A stretch of DNA of 64,000 bases from an uncultured Acidobacteriota bacterium. Lineage in GTDB: Bacteria > Acidobacteriota > UBA6911. Positions 1-9,796 of this stretch are shown piece by piece. Under the pieces are notes generated by a model. The model was given only the letters and a program-made list of their open reading frames with translations, searched no databases and was not told the origin of the DNA. How positions within the stretch are numbered: position 1 is the first letter of the stretch; each line of letters begins with the position of its first letter. Position numbers and translations under genes: made by a program. Location: the NCBI GenBank assembly GCA_963809485.1, contig CAWEJX010000006.1, positions 96,001-160,000 on the forward strand, in the 5' to 3' direction.

Positions 1-707
1 AGACGCCCCAGCACAACCTCAATCTGGCGGATGCGCCCGTGGAGCACATAAGAAAGGTTTTATGGACCTATAGGGAGCGGCTGGTGGACCTTCTGCGGGA
101 TCAGCGCTTTAAATTTGTCCTGATTTTTAAAAATCACGGCGCAGCCGCAGGCGCCTCGATCTCTCATCCGCATACACAGATGATCGCGACGCCGGTCACT
201 CCGCTGACGCTGGTGGAAGAACTGGTTTCCGCCAAGGATCATTACGTGAAAAAGGAGCGCTGCCTCTTTTGCGACCTGATTCAGCAGGAGCTGGATTCCG
301 GAGACAGGATTGTTGCCGCCGGAGAACAATTCGTCGCACTGACTCCTTTTGCGTCCCGTTTCCCGTTTGAAATATTTATCGCGCCCCGCGCGCACCATTG
401 CAGTTTTGCCGAAGCGAGCGACGAGATGCTTCACCATCTCGCCATCGTTCTGAAGGAGATTCTGCTCCGGGTCAAGAAGTGCCTCAAGGACCCGCCGTAT
501 AATTTTCTTATTCACACGATTCCCAATGTCAGAGTGAAGCCCCGGCCCGCTTCCTATTGGGACACGATCGAACTGGACTTTCACTGGCATATCGAGTTCA
601 TGCCCCGCCTTACGCAGGTAGCCGGTTTTGAGTGGGGGACCGGTTTTTACATCAATCCGACTTCGCCGGAAGACGCTGCGAAGTATCTTCGCGAGACAGA
701 GCTGTAA
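1..707 (+). CDS. galT: galactose-1-phosphate uridylyltransferase family protein (5'-truncated by window edge)
   Basis: HPHTQ (HxHxQ) catalytic motif, FKNHG..AGASISH, CLFCD, AGFEWGTGFYINP; frame open to the window start. Confidence 0.9.
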   Translation, partial: TPQHNLNLADAPVEHIRKVLWTYRERLVDLLRDQRFKFVLIFKNHGAAAGASISHPHTQMIATPVTPLTLVEELVSAKDHYVKKERCLFCDLIQQELDSGDRIVAAGEQFVALTPFASRFPFEIFIAPRAHHCSFAEASDEMLHHLAIVLKEILLRVKKCLKDPPYNFLIHTIPNVRVKPRPASYWDTIELDFHWHIEFMPRLTQVAGFEWGTGFYINPTSPEDAAKYLRETEL

Positions 708-764
708 CCCTTAATCATAAACGGACTCCGAGACTGCAGACTCCTGATTGATGAACGAGGACCT

Positions 765-2258
765 ATGCCCCGAGACAATCCATTGAAAGTGGCTATGTTT
801 GCGGCGGAGGCCTCCCCTTATGCAAAAGTGGGAGGGCTGGGGGACATGGTGGGGACACTGCCCAAAGCCCTGGAAAAGCTGGGAGTCCATACCTCGATCG
901 TGATCCCGAATTATCGGGTGATCCAGTCGGGACAGCTCGAAATTCAGCGTTGCGACCTCGCCCCCGGATTCGACATCCCCATGGGGTCCTCGATTGAAAG
1001 GGCGGAAATCTACCAAAGCCGTATACGCGGCACCTCCGTGGACGTCTACCTGATCGGGTCCCGCAGGTATTTCAATCGCAACGGGATTTACGACGATCCG
1101 GCCACCGGGGAGGGTTACCCGGACAACATGGAACGGTTTGTTTTCTTCATGAAGGCGGGGATCGAATTGCTGCTCAGGCTCGAGCAGCCGGTCGATATCC
1201 TCCACTGCCATGATTCCCATGCCGCGCTTATCCCCGGCCTCATCCATGCGAATTACCGGGACGATCCGTTTTTTGCCAGGGTTGGGACTCTATTCACGAT
1301 TCACAACATCGCCTACCAGGGAGTCTATCCGAAAGATTCGCTCTACTATGCGGGGATCGACCTCAAGCATTTCTATTCCATGTCCCCGTTTGAATACTGG
1401 GGGCGCGTCAATTTCATGAAGGCCGGCATCGAGCTTGCGGACAAGGTGAACACGGTCAGCAAAACCTACGCCGCTGAGATCCAGACGAGCTCCGAATTCG
1501 GGCTGGGCCTGGAAGGCACTCTGAGAAACAGAGGGAAAGACCTCAGCGGCATTGTCAACGGCATAGACGTCGACCTGTGGAATCCCGAAACGGATCCGCA
1601 CCTGCCTGCCCGCTATTCAATACGCGATCTGTCGGGCAAAGCAAAGTGCAAGGAGCACGTACTGCGGCATTTCGGATTCCCCGATACGGGGAATCCCATA
1701 CCCTTGATCGGCATTGTCTCCAGGCTCGCGGATCAGAAAGGATTCGAGCTCATAGCGGACGCGATCGAGGAGATCCGGGCGTTGAATCTGCGTCTTGTCG
1801 TGCTCGGTACCGGCCAACAGAAGTACCATGAGCTGCTCCAGCGGCTCGCCGGTCAATACCCGGCTAACATCGGCGTTCAGTTGTCTTTCAACACTGAACT
1901 GGCGCATCAGATCGAGGCCGGCTGCGACATGTTCCTGATGCCTTCCAGATATGAACCTTGCGGCTTGAACCAGCTTTACAGCTTCCGGTACGGGACCATC
2001 CCGATTGCCCGGGCAACGGGAGGGCTTGTCGATACGGTTTCTCCCTACGACGGCGAAAAGGGAACCGGATTCTGCTTTGCCGGCTATTCCTCCGGCGAAA
2101 TGATGGAGGCCATAAAGCACGCTCTGGCGGTTTATTCCGATCCCGCCCGGTGGCGGTCCCTCATGGTCCGGGTAATGTCGCAGGACTGGTCCTGGAATAG
2201 ACCCGCCGCTGAATATATGAAGCTATACCGGGAAATTCATCAAATCAGGAATCCGTGA
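765..2258 (+). CDS. glgA: glycogen synthase (GT5)
   Basis: KVGGLGD ADP-glucose motif, TIHNIAYQG, SRLADQKG, PSRYEPCGLNQ; GAGG RBS. Confidence 0.95.
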   Translation: MPRDNPLKVAMFAAEASPYAKVGGLGDMVGTLPKALEKLGVHTSIVIPNYRVIQSGQLEIQRCDLAPGFDIPMGSSIERAEIYQSRIRGTSVDVYLIGSRRYFNRNGIYDDPATGEGYPDNMERFVFFMKAGIELLLRLEQPVDILHCHDSHAALIPGLIHANYRDDPFFARVGTLFTIHNIAYQGVYPKDSLYYAGIDLKHFYSMSPFEYWGRVNFMKAGIELADKVNTVSKTYAAEIQTSSEFGLGLEGTLRNRGKDLSGIVNGIDVDLWNPETDPHLPARYSIRDLSGKAKCKEHVLRHFGFPDTGNPIPLIGIVSRLADQKGFELIADAIEEIRALNLRLVVLGTGQQKYHELLQRLAGQYPANIGVQLSFNTELAHQIEAGCDMFLMPSRYEPCGLNQLYSFRYGTIPIARATGGLVDTVSPYDGEKGTGFCFAGYSSGEMMEAIKHALAVYSDPARWRSLMVRVMSQDWSWNRPAAEYMKLYREIHQIRNP

Positions 2259-2325
2259 AGCTGATTTGCGATTCGGAATCTTATATTCAGAATTGTTCAG
2301 GGGCGGCGATGCCGCGGGCATCCGT

Positions 2326-2554
2326 TAATTCTATTGGTAAACCCACGGCTCTGCCGGGGAACTCATAGCGTTTGACAGCTCTGTATTTTTAAACGCTGAG
2401 ATACGCTGACAAACGCCGATTTGTTCGGCGGGGCTCGGAAGCGCCTCATCGGCTTTTGCCCGCGTAAGTCAGCGTTCAAGACCAGCGTAACTCCTCCAAC
2501 CGCTTTGAGCGGTTCCAATCTTTCAAGCCTCCGGCTTTGCCGGAGGTGCCTGAC
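2326..2554 (+). mobile_element. non-autonomous palindromic element with IS200/IS605-like ends, copy 1
   Basis: Left end ATTCTATTGGTAAACCCACGGC-TCT-GCCGGGG and right end TTCAAGCCTCCGGC-TTT-GCCGGAGGTGCCTGAC; near-identical to four other copies in the window. Confidence 0.75.
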
Positions 2555-2576
2555 ATCGGCAACCACGGAGGATGCC

Positions 2577-3800
2577 ATGAATTTTGTCCTGGGCTGCCTG
2601 ATCGTTTTGACGCTTGTTTCGGCGGTGCCCGCCTTCCCGGCGGATGCGGCCAGAGGCCTGCCCAGAAGCGCTCCCGAGACTGTCGGATTCATCCCGTCGC
2701 AGCTGAACCATATTGACGATGCCGTCGAAGCAGCCCTGAAGGCCGGCGAAATACCCGGTGCGGTGGTCCTGGTGGCCAGGCACGGCCGGATTGCCTACTT
2801 CAAAGCCTTCGGCAATCGCTCCGTGCAGCCTGCCAAAGAAGCCATGACGGGCGATACGATTTTTGATATGTCGTCGCTGACTAAGGTTATGGCCACGCTG
2901 CCGCTGGTCCTGATGCTGTCCGAGGACGGGACCCTGCGTCTCGCCGACAAGGTGAAGCGTTATCTGCCCCGCTTTGCCGGCGGAGGGAAGGACAACATCA
3001 CGCTGAGCCATCTCCTGACTCACTACTCGGGTCTGCCGGCCGACTTCGACCTGTCCAAGCCATGGTTCGGCTACCCGGCGGCGCTTGAAGAACTCTGGAT
3101 GACCAAAACCAGATCGGAGCCGGGCAAGGAATTTGAATACAGCGATCTGAACTTCATCGCGCTGGGCCATGTCGTGCAGGTTGTCACCGGCAAAACTCTG
3201 GATGAGAACGCCCTGGAGCGCATTTTTGTACCGCTTGGAATGAACGATACGTGCTTCCGTCCGCCCGCAGATCTGGCCGGCCGCATCGCGCCTACGGAAT
3301 CCAGGAGAAACACGCTCCGCTATTTAAAAGGGCAGAATGCCGCTGAATCGTTGGACAAAATCCTGTGCGGGGAAGTCCACGATCCGACCGCCTGGCGGAT
3401 GGGCGGCGTGGCCGGCCACGCGGGCCTCTTTTCCAGTGCCGAAGACCTGGCGGTTTTCGCCCAAATGCTCCTGAGTCACGGCGCCTATCCCGGGGGACGC
3501 CTTCTGTCGCCGCTTACCGTCCAGGCGATGAGCCGCCCGAATTCTCCGCCCGGCGCGCCGGAAGTCCGGGGATATGGCTGGGATATTGATACCGCGTACT
3601 CATCGCCCCGCGGCGATATTTTTAAGGATGGCTATGGCCACACCGGGTTTACCGGCACGTCGCTTTGGGTGCATCCCTCCACGGACACCTTCATCATCCT
3701 ATTGAGCAATCGAGTCCACCCGGACGGCGGCAAAGACATTAACCATCTCCGTGCCGCGATTGCCAACATTGTCGCCGCCGCCATTTCCGATCCCAAATAA
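2577..3800 (+). CDS. exported serine hydrolase, beta-lactamase class C/AmiE-like family
   Basis: SLTK (SxxK), LLTHYSGL, YSDLNF, HTGFTG motifs; signal peptide from ATG 2577 after GGAGG; the longer ORF start lies inside the repeat. Confidence 0.9.
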   Translation: MNFVLGCLIVLTLVSAVPAFPADAARGLPRSAPETVGFIPSQLNHIDDAVEAALKAGEIPGAVVLVARHGRIAYFKAFGNRSVQPAKEAMTGDTIFDMSSLTKVMATLPLVLMLSEDGTLRLADKVKRYLPRFAGGGKDNITLSHLLTHYSGLPADFDLSKPWFGYPAALEELWMTKTRSEPGKEFEYSDLNFIALGHVVQVVTGKTLDENALERIFVPLGMNDTCFRPPADLAGRIAPTESRRNTLRYLKGQNAAESLDKILCGEVHDPTAWRMGGVAGHAGLFSSAEDLAVFAQMLLSHGAYPGGRLLSPLTVQAMSRPNSPPGAPEVRGYGWDIDTAYSSPRGDIFKDGYGHTGFTGTSLWVHPSTDTFIILLSNRVHPDGGKDINHLRAAIANIVAAAISDPK

Positions 3801-3805
3801 GGCCC

Positions 3806-3826
3806 GTTCCACGTTCCACGTTCCAC
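3806..3826. repeat. heptamer tandem repeat (GTTCCAC)x3
   Basis: Seen directly after the serine hydrolase stop; related ACGTT units recur at 50346-50385. Confidence 0.6.
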
Positions 3827-3919
3827 TGTCCTGGACCCGCAGTCCAAGGATTTTTTCAAGGAAATGCAGCGACAGAACTCAAAGGGTGTGTTTCGCAGGC
3901 ACCCGTGATATAAGTATGC

Positions 3920-4117
3920 CTACTTTTTCTCGAAGGAGAAACACGCGCGGCGGAACTTGATGAATGCATGGGAGTGGTGAAGGCATGTTCCCCAGTTGCT
4001 CGGAGAATTGGTAAACTGTTCTTCGGATATAAAAAACCTGCAATCACCGCATTCGAACTGTTTGTTATCGACCTTGTAACTGCAGGCTTCCCGGAAATCT
4101 GCGAACTGCTGATGCAT
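3920..4117 (-). CDS. small Cys-rich protein (65 aa), HiPIP/BssC-like Cys spacing
   Basis: GAGGTG RBS 5 nt before ATG; TTGACA-17-CAAGAT upstream; CGDCRFF...WGTC...ACFSF. Confidence 0.65.
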   Translation of the reverse strand: MHQQFADFREACSYKVDNKQFECGDCRFFISEEQFTNSPSNWGTCLHHSHAFIKFRRACFSFEKK

Positions 4118-4230
4118 GAGATCACCTCGATAGCTTCCCAAACATCTTGCAATGGGGACCGGATGCTGTCAACCCCAGATGCAGCCCGCGTTCATTTCGA
4201 CTTTTTTGCGCATTGTTGCGGAGGCAGCGT

Positions 4231-5604
4231 ATGAAGCCTCGAACGGCGTCCCGCAATCTGACCAATAAATCGCTGCGTCTTTTGCGCACCGACGCAGCCC
4301 GCATCTGGACTGCCGCCCTGCAGGCTGTCGAACCGGAAGCCGCCGTGCGCAAAATGGTCAGACGGGACGGGCCTATTCTTCAACTCGGCGGCCGCCGGTA
4401 CGATCTCGGCAAAATCCGGAAGGTGTGGGTCCTTGGTGCGGGAAAAGCGGCTGCGCCGATGGGCAGGGCGGTTGAGAGGATATTGGGGAGATATCTGGCC
4501 GGCGGATTTCTTGTGACCAAATACGGTCACAGACTGGACCTCGGGCGGCTCGAGATCATGGAAGCCGGCCACCCTATGCCGGACTCGAACAGCATGGCGT
4601 CCGCGGCGCGGGTTGCCGCTTTGGCAAAAGATCAAATCGACGAGCGGGACCTCGTGATATGCCTTTTCTCGGGAGGCGCTTCCTCGCTTCTGGTCTGCCC
4701 GGCTCCGGGCATAACGCTGGCGGACAAGCTTGCGTGCACCCGCATGCTGATCGATGCCGGAGCGGATATCCGTGAAATGAACGCTGTGCGCAAGCACTTG
4801 TCTGCCATTAAAGGGGGCGGATTGGCGAGGATGCTGGCCCCCGCTCGGGCGATTTCCCTGATTCTATCGGATGTGGTGGGCGATGACGTGGGCACGATCG
4901 CCTCGGGTCCCATGGCGCCCGACCCTACAACTTTTGCGGATTGCATGGAAGTTTTTGACAGGCTTGGTCTCTCGGACAAAATGCCCCCGGCTGTAAAGCA
5001 ACGACTGGAGTCCGGCGCGGCGGGAGAAATCCCCGAAACTCCGAAGCAGGGTGATCCCGTGTTTCAGGAGGGGAAAACAATGATCGTCGGGAGCAGCGCC
5101 AGAGCATGCACCGCTGCATTCCAGGCGGCCAGGAAACTAGGCTACAAAGCACTGGTCCTGACCAGCGGGCTCGAGGGGGACAACGGGGAGGCCGCCCGGT
5201 TTCACATGAGTATTGCGGGCGAAATAATCCACCACCGGCGTCCGCTGCGCCTCCCTGCCTGCATTATCAGCGGAGGCGAAACCACCGTCAGGATTACGGG
5301 AAAAGGCAAAGGCGGCCGCAACCAGGAATTTGCCCTGCGCTGCGCCCGGCCTCTTGCTCAGCTGCCCGCAGCCTGCCTGGTTGCCAGCATCGGCACGGAC
5401 GGCACGGATGGGCCGACAGACGCAGCGGGCGCCATCGCGGACAGCACCACGCTGGTACGTTCGATGAAGTACGGTGCGAGCTTCCTCAAAGACTCCCTGG
5501 ACAACAACGATTCCTACCGGTTTTTCAGGCGCCTCGGGGACCTCATAATCACCGGCCCTACTCGCACCAATGTCATGGATCTTCATATCCTCCTGGTTGG
5601 GTGA
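4231..5604 (+). CDS. glycerate 2-kinase (DUF4147/MOFRL, TtuD-type)
   Basis: GAGKAA, EAGHP, SGGASSL, RKHLSAIKGG, SGGETTV, GGRNQE, GTDGTDG, TGPTRTNVMD; GGAGG RBS. Confidence 0.93.
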   Translation: MKPRTASRNLTNKSLRLLRTDAARIWTAALQAVEPEAAVRKMVRRDGPILQLGGRRYDLGKIRKVWVLGAGKAAAPMGRAVERILGRYLAGGFLVTKYGHRLDLGRLEIMEAGHPMPDSNSMASAARVAALAKDQIDERDLVICLFSGGASSLLVCPAPGITLADKLACTRMLIDAGADIREMNAVRKHLSAIKGGGLARMLAPARAISLILSDVVGDDVGTIASGPMAPDPTTFADCMEVFDRLGLSDKMPPAVKQRLESGAAGEIPETPKQGDPVFQEGKTMIVGSSARACTAAFQAARKLGYKALVLTSGLEGDNGEAARFHMSIAGEIIHHRRPLRLPACIISGGETTVRITGKGKGGRNQEFALRCARPLAQLPAACLVASIGTDGTDGPTDAAGAIADSTTLVRSMKYGASFLKDSLDNNDSYRFFRRLGDLIITGPTRTNVMDLHILLVG

Positions 5605-5887
5605 AAAGCAGCGGGAGGGAAGAGATGGAAGCAACAAGCCACCCGTCTGCTTATTGCTCCCCGCTACTGTACGCACAGGTAATGCCCATATTTGCGGGGA
5701 ATATCCGGAGTTTGACAGTTCCAGGACCAACATCCGCCGAAATATGCTGAAAAAAGCGCTGACACACGCCGCCCCTTGAGCTTACAGCCGGCGTATGCCG
5801 GCGTATAGGACCAAGGAAACTGATCGAGCCGCCTTGAAGGATCTGAAACCGGGACTGCGAATTTGCCGGGGCCGTTTGCTTCAGCGG

Positions 5888-6553
5888 CTATGAGATTTTA
5901 TCCGTGGAATAACAGTCCCGCTCCAAAGGGCAGGTCAGGCAGAGCGGCCTGCGCGCTTTGCAGGTCGAACGCCCATGAAGGATCACCTGGTGGGAAAATG
6001 AGATCCATCGATCCCTGGGAATGATCTGCATGAGGTCGGCTTCGATTTTTTCGGGGGTATCCGAGTGCGCGAGGTCCAGCCGCCGGGATACCCGGAAAAC
6101 ATGGGTGTCCACAACGATGCCTTCCGCTTTGCCGAAAGCGACGCCCAAAACCACGTTCGCGGTCTTTCGGGCGACGCCGGGAAGCTCCAATAGTTCCTCC
6201 ATTGTGGATGGGACCGAACCGCCGAACTTCCCTGAGATCAGAGTGCAGGCACCTTGGATGCTTTTGGCTTTGTTTCGGTAAAAGCCCGTCGACCTTATAT
6301 CGGCCTCCAGTTTTTCGCGCGGGGCATTGGCATAGTCGCCGGCAGTTCGATACTTCCGGAAAAGGTCATGCGTCACCACATTCACCCTTTCATCGGTGCA
6401 TTGAGCCGATAGAATTGTGGCGATGAGGAGTTCCAGCGGATTGCCGTGACGGAGCGCACATTGAGCCTTCGGGTAGGCTGAATCCAGACTCGATAGAATC
6501 CGGCTGATTCTGGTCTGTCTTTCGTTTGTCGCAAGCCTCTTCTTCCTGATCAT
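5888..6553 (-). CDS. nth: endonuclease III
   Basis: ILSAQCTD, HhH LPGVARKTANV, VDTHV, C-x6-C-x2-C-x5-C [4Fe-4S] motif. Confidence 0.95.
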   Translation of the reverse strand: MIRKKRLATNERQTRISRILSSLDSAYPKAQCALRHGNPLELLIATILSAQCTDERVNVVTHDLFRKYRTAGDYANAPREKLEADIRSTGFYRNKAKSIQGACTLISGKFGGSVPSTMEELLELPGVARKTANVVLGVAFGKAEGIVVDTHVFRVSRRLDLAHSDTPEKIEADLMQIIPRDRWISFSHQVILHGRSTCKARRPLCLTCPLERDCYSTDKIS

Positions 6554-6673
6554 AATGGCCGCACATTATATCCTAAATGGCAACCCGACCAACATCCCCT
6601 GAATGAGGGATTTGGAGTTTGACATTTGATATCGGGCATGTTATCAATAGTTTACAAACAGAAGGAGAACGGA

Positions 6674-6970
6674 ATGAGTAATGAATCAAGCGCAGGCGAA
6701 AAGGCTTTGTATTTGATGCTCGGTGCAACCATCGGGGCGGTGGCGGCTCTTTTGCTTGCACCCCGGAGCGGCATGGAGACGCGCAGGCTGATCGCGTCCA
6801 AAGCCCGTGACGGCGCAGACTATGTTGCCAGCCGCACCAAAGCTGTCGCGGAAAAGACTTCCGAGATCGTGGACCGAGGCAAGGAAGTTTTCCAGCAGCA
6901 GCGCAACTCCGTATCAGCGGCTGTGGATGCCGGCAAGCTGGCCTATAGAGAAGAAAAAAACAGGGCATAA
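6674..6970 (+). CDS. YtxH-domain protein
   Basis: LGATIGAVAALLLAPRSG.ETR signature; GGAG RBS; TTGACA...TGtTATCAA promoter at 6619-6647. Confidence 0.85.
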   Translation: MSNESSAGEKALYLMLGATIGAVAALLLAPRSGMETRRLIASKARDGADYVASRTKAVAEKTSEIVDRGKEVFQQQRNSVSAAVDAGKLAYREEKNRA

Positions 6971-6976
6971 CTCCAG

Positions 6977-7489
6977 ATGCAAGACACCCTTTTGACGATC
7001 TTCATCGGGATCCTGACGTTCGCAGTGCTCGTTCAGAGCGTGCTGTTCTTCGGGATATACAAATCCATCCGCCTGTTGTCGGAACGGACAGACAGCCTGG
7101 GCAGGGATCTCCAGAATAGCGTCACGGCGATATCCTCAAAACTCGAGGCGAGCCTGACGGCCGTCAAAGATCTTGGGGATGGCTTGAAGAGCGTCAAAGA
7201 AAAGCTGGCCGATACAGCCGACATTGTGCACAGGAGGGTTGTGGATCTGGACGACTTTCTGGCCGAGGCCACCAAAACGGCACGCCTGGAGGTCTACCGG
7301 GTTCAGGATACCATTCAATCGGCAACCCGACGAGCGGAGGAGACGATGGACCTCGTCCAGAATACTATCCTCGCGCCCGTCCGAGAGATAAATGCCATAA
7401 CACGGGCGCTCCGCGTGGGGATCGATATCCTTTTGCGCGGGCGCCGCAAGCTCTCCAGGGCGGCCCATGATGAAGGGATGTTCATCTAG
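6977..7489 (+). CDS. membrane-anchored coiled-coil protein (DUF948/YoxC-like)
   Basis: N-terminal TM helix, helical body, usual neighbour of YtxH. Confidence 0.65.
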   Translation: MQDTLLTIFIGILTFAVLVQSVLFFGIYKSIRLLSERTDSLGRDLQNSVTAISSKLEASLTAVKDLGDGLKSVKEKLADTADIVHRRVVDLDDFLAEATKTARLEVYRVQDTIQSATRRAEETMDLVQNTILAPVREINAITRALRVGIDILLRGRRKLSRAAHDEGMFI

Positions 7490-7688
7490 AAACCGCGATA
7501 ACCATCCCCTTCAGGCAATTCTCCAGCTGCAAAAAATATTTTGAAATCATCCCACGACGCCGAAGCATACAAAATCCGTTGGGCATCGGTGCCGCCCAAT
7601 TTTTCGGGCAGGCCTTTATGCCCCGGAAGTGTCCGAGTATTCAGCCCTGAAAAATGTCCCCCCGGAATCAATAAATACCTGAAAAAGC

Positions 7689-7717
7689 TTGACAAGATGA
7701 GGCCAGTTTTTAAGAAT
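7689..7717 (+). promoter_or_regulatory. sigma70-type promoter of the FeS/FAD operon
   Basis: TTGACA-17 nt-AAGAAT; flanked by two TTCAG-CC-CTGAA palindromes (7641, 7739). Confidence 0.5.
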
Positions 7718-7884
7718 CGAGCGTGATTGCTCAAGATGTTCAGCCCTGAAAGAAATGAAGCCTTGTTTTCGCCGGAACAGAGCGGGGCGGATTCCTTAAG
7801 AGGGTTTTTCCACAGCTCAACCGGGCCTGAAAGGGCTACGAACCCTAACGGCCATCATGCCAGGGCTGAAGAAGAAGAGGGAAA

Positions 7885-8562
7885 ATGGCAGAAGAAAAAA
7901 GCAAATCTGGGGAACAGGAAAACAGCGAAGGATCCGGACAGATCTCCCGCCGGGCTTTTCTGAAGGATGCGGGACTGGTTGTCGGTACGCCCGCCATAGG
8001 ATCCATGGTGGCGCCGGCACAGGCAGAGGCCCAAACGCCCAAGGGGCGGGCGGCGCAGGCGAGTGCGGCCGGTTCGTCATTGGAGAAGCGCCCGGCACTC
8101 CCCCATACTATCGAGCTGACAGTCAACGGCGGCAAATACCGTTATACGGTCGAGCCGCACTGGAGTTTGCGGCAGCTCCTGCGCGACGAAATCGGGTTCA
8201 CCTCGCCCAAGGACTGGTGTGGAGGGGTAGGCGCCTGCGGCTCCTGTACGGTGATTATGAACGGCCGACCGATTCTATCCTGCCTGACCCTGGCCTGCGA
8301 GTGCGATGGCGCAATCATAGAGACCGCAGAGGGTATTGCAAAGGCCAAACACCCGATCATCCAGGCCTATATCAACAACAATGCCTTTCAATGCGGATAT
8401 TGCACGCCTGGATTTGTATGCACAGCCAAGGCTTTGCTGGATAAGAATAAGAATCCGACCGAGGCCGACGTAAGAGATGCTTTGGGCGGCAACCTGTGCC
8501 GGTGCGCGACCTACCAGCGCCATCCTCCGGCTGTCCTGGAAGCTGCCAGGAATCTCAAATAG
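7885..8562 (+). CDS. xanthine dehydrogenase-family (2Fe-2S) small subunit with Tat signal (PaoA-like)
   Basis: SRRAFLK twin-Arg motif, h-region and AQA cleavage site; C..GACGSC...SC, QCGYCTPG, NLCRC. Confidence 0.92.
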   Translation: MAEEKSKSGEQENSEGSGQISRRAFLKDAGLVVGTPAIGSMVAPAQAEAQTPKGRAAQASAAGSSLEKRPALPHTIELTVNGGKYRYTVEPHWSLRQLLRDEIGFTSPKDWCGGVGACGSCTVIMNGRPILSCLTLACECDGAIIETAEGIAKAKHPIIQAYINNNAFQCGYCTPGFVCTAKALLDKNKNPTEADVRDALGGNLCRCATYQRHPPAVLEAARNLK

Positions 8563-8703
8563 CAGGCTCCGGGCGGCTGGATCGCCAGCAGCGGCCAACC
8601 GGGCAAAAACCGATGCCGATGCGGGCATGAATCCCGCCCGCAGCCCCTGGGGAACCCGGATGTAGTTTTTGAGAGTTATCGGAAACGAGGCAGGAGCCAA
8701 AAC

Positions 8704-9666
8704 ATGAAGACATGGAAAAGATTCGAGCACGTGAATGCAAAAACGGTCGAAGAGGCTGCTTCCATTTTGCGCAAAGGGAAAGCGGCGCTCCTATCCGGGG
8801 GCACCGACCTTCTGGGTGCAATGAGGTTTGAAATTCTGCCGAACTATCCCGAAGTTGTGGTAAATCTCAAAACTATTCCGGGAATGGACTACATCAGAGA
8901 AGAAGCGGGCCTGCTGAAAATAGGCGCTTTGACCAGGCTGGAAGACATCGCCAAAAACAATCTTGTCAAAACCCGGTACACGGCATTGGCTGAAGCGGCC
9001 CACCGGACAGCCACGCCTCACATCCGCGAGATGGGAACCATTGGCGGCAATATCTGCCAGATGAACCGGTGCTGGTATTTCCGCAACCCCGACAACCGGT
9101 TCAACTGCATACGCAAAGGCGGGAAGATGTGCTATGCCATGGCCGGAGACAACCGGTACCACTCCATTTTCGGGGCGGTCAAAATGTGTTTGGCCGTCAA
9201 TCCGAGCGATACGGCGCCGGCCCTGGTTGCGCTGAATGCCAAAATCAAAACCAACAAGAGATTGATTGAAGCCGAGAAGTTCTGGGAAATGACAGTCCCC
9301 GGGTCCACGGTCCTGGCCCCCGATGAAATCGTCACCGAAATACAGATACCCTCGCCGGCTGCAGGCGTCAAAAGCGCATACATGAAGTTTGCTATCCGCA
9401 AATCCATAGACTTCCCGATCGTCAACTGCGCCGCCATGATAGGCGGAGGCAATGCGCGTATATGCCTCAATGCGGTGCATAACACTCCCTACCGGGCGGT
9501 GCCCGCGGAAGAAGCCATCAAAGGGAAGGCGATCACTGAAGACAGCGCGGATGCGGCCGGAGCGGCCGCTGTGGCCTCCGCTAAAGCGCTTCCCGGCGAC
9601 AGGAACAAATGGAAAATCCCAATTGCCAAGGCAATGGTGAAGAGAGCCATATTAGGTTGCGCTTAA
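8704..9666 (+). CDS. xanthine dehydrogenase-family FAD-binding subunit (PaoB/HcrB-like, with [4Fe-4S] insertion)
   Basis: SGGTDL, IREMGTIGGN, RCWYFR...C.RKGG..C, PSDTAPAL. Confidence 0.92.
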   Translation: MKTWKRFEHVNAKTVEEAASILRKGKAALLSGGTDLLGAMRFEILPNYPEVVVNLKTIPGMDYIREEAGLLKIGALTRLEDIAKNNLVKTRYTALAEAAHRTATPHIREMGTIGGNICQMNRCWYFRNPDNRFNCIRKGGKMCYAMAGDNRYHSIFGAVKMCLAVNPSDTAPALVALNAKIKTNKRLIEAEKFWEMTVPGSTVLAPDEIVTEIQIPSPAAGVKSAYMKFAIRKSIDFPIVNCAAMIGGGNARICLNAVHNTPYRAVPAEEAIKGKAITEDSADAAGAAAVASAKALPGDRNKWKIPIAKAMVKRAILGCA

Positions 9667-9687
9667 CCCTCATGGATCACCCGTGAT

Positions 9688-9720
9688 TCGTGCGCCGGGC
9701 GCAAATCCCCGGTGCACGAA
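9688..9720 (+). terminator. stem-loop after the FAD subunit (possible terminator or processing site)
   Basis: TTCGTGCGCCGGG...CCCGGTGCACGAA inverted repeat; no U-tract. Confidence 0.35.
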
Positions 9721-9796
9721 AGCATCCCGACAACGCCGCAAGCTAATCTGAATTCCTAAGCGCACGGACCTATCCCGACTGGAGCAGCAGACTTGT

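Noticed and set aside
2363-2692. ORFs inside the repeated element (also 11720..12010, 11790..12323, 26195..26608, 56068..56340, 56126..56365) and the 52-aa extension of the serine hydrolase
   Set aside because: Similar peptides recur only because the DNA repeat recurs; frames and lengths differ between copies and there is no RBS
5787-5806. 10-bp tandem duplication GCCGGCGTAT x2
   Set aside because: Too short and isolated to support a function or an insertion footprint
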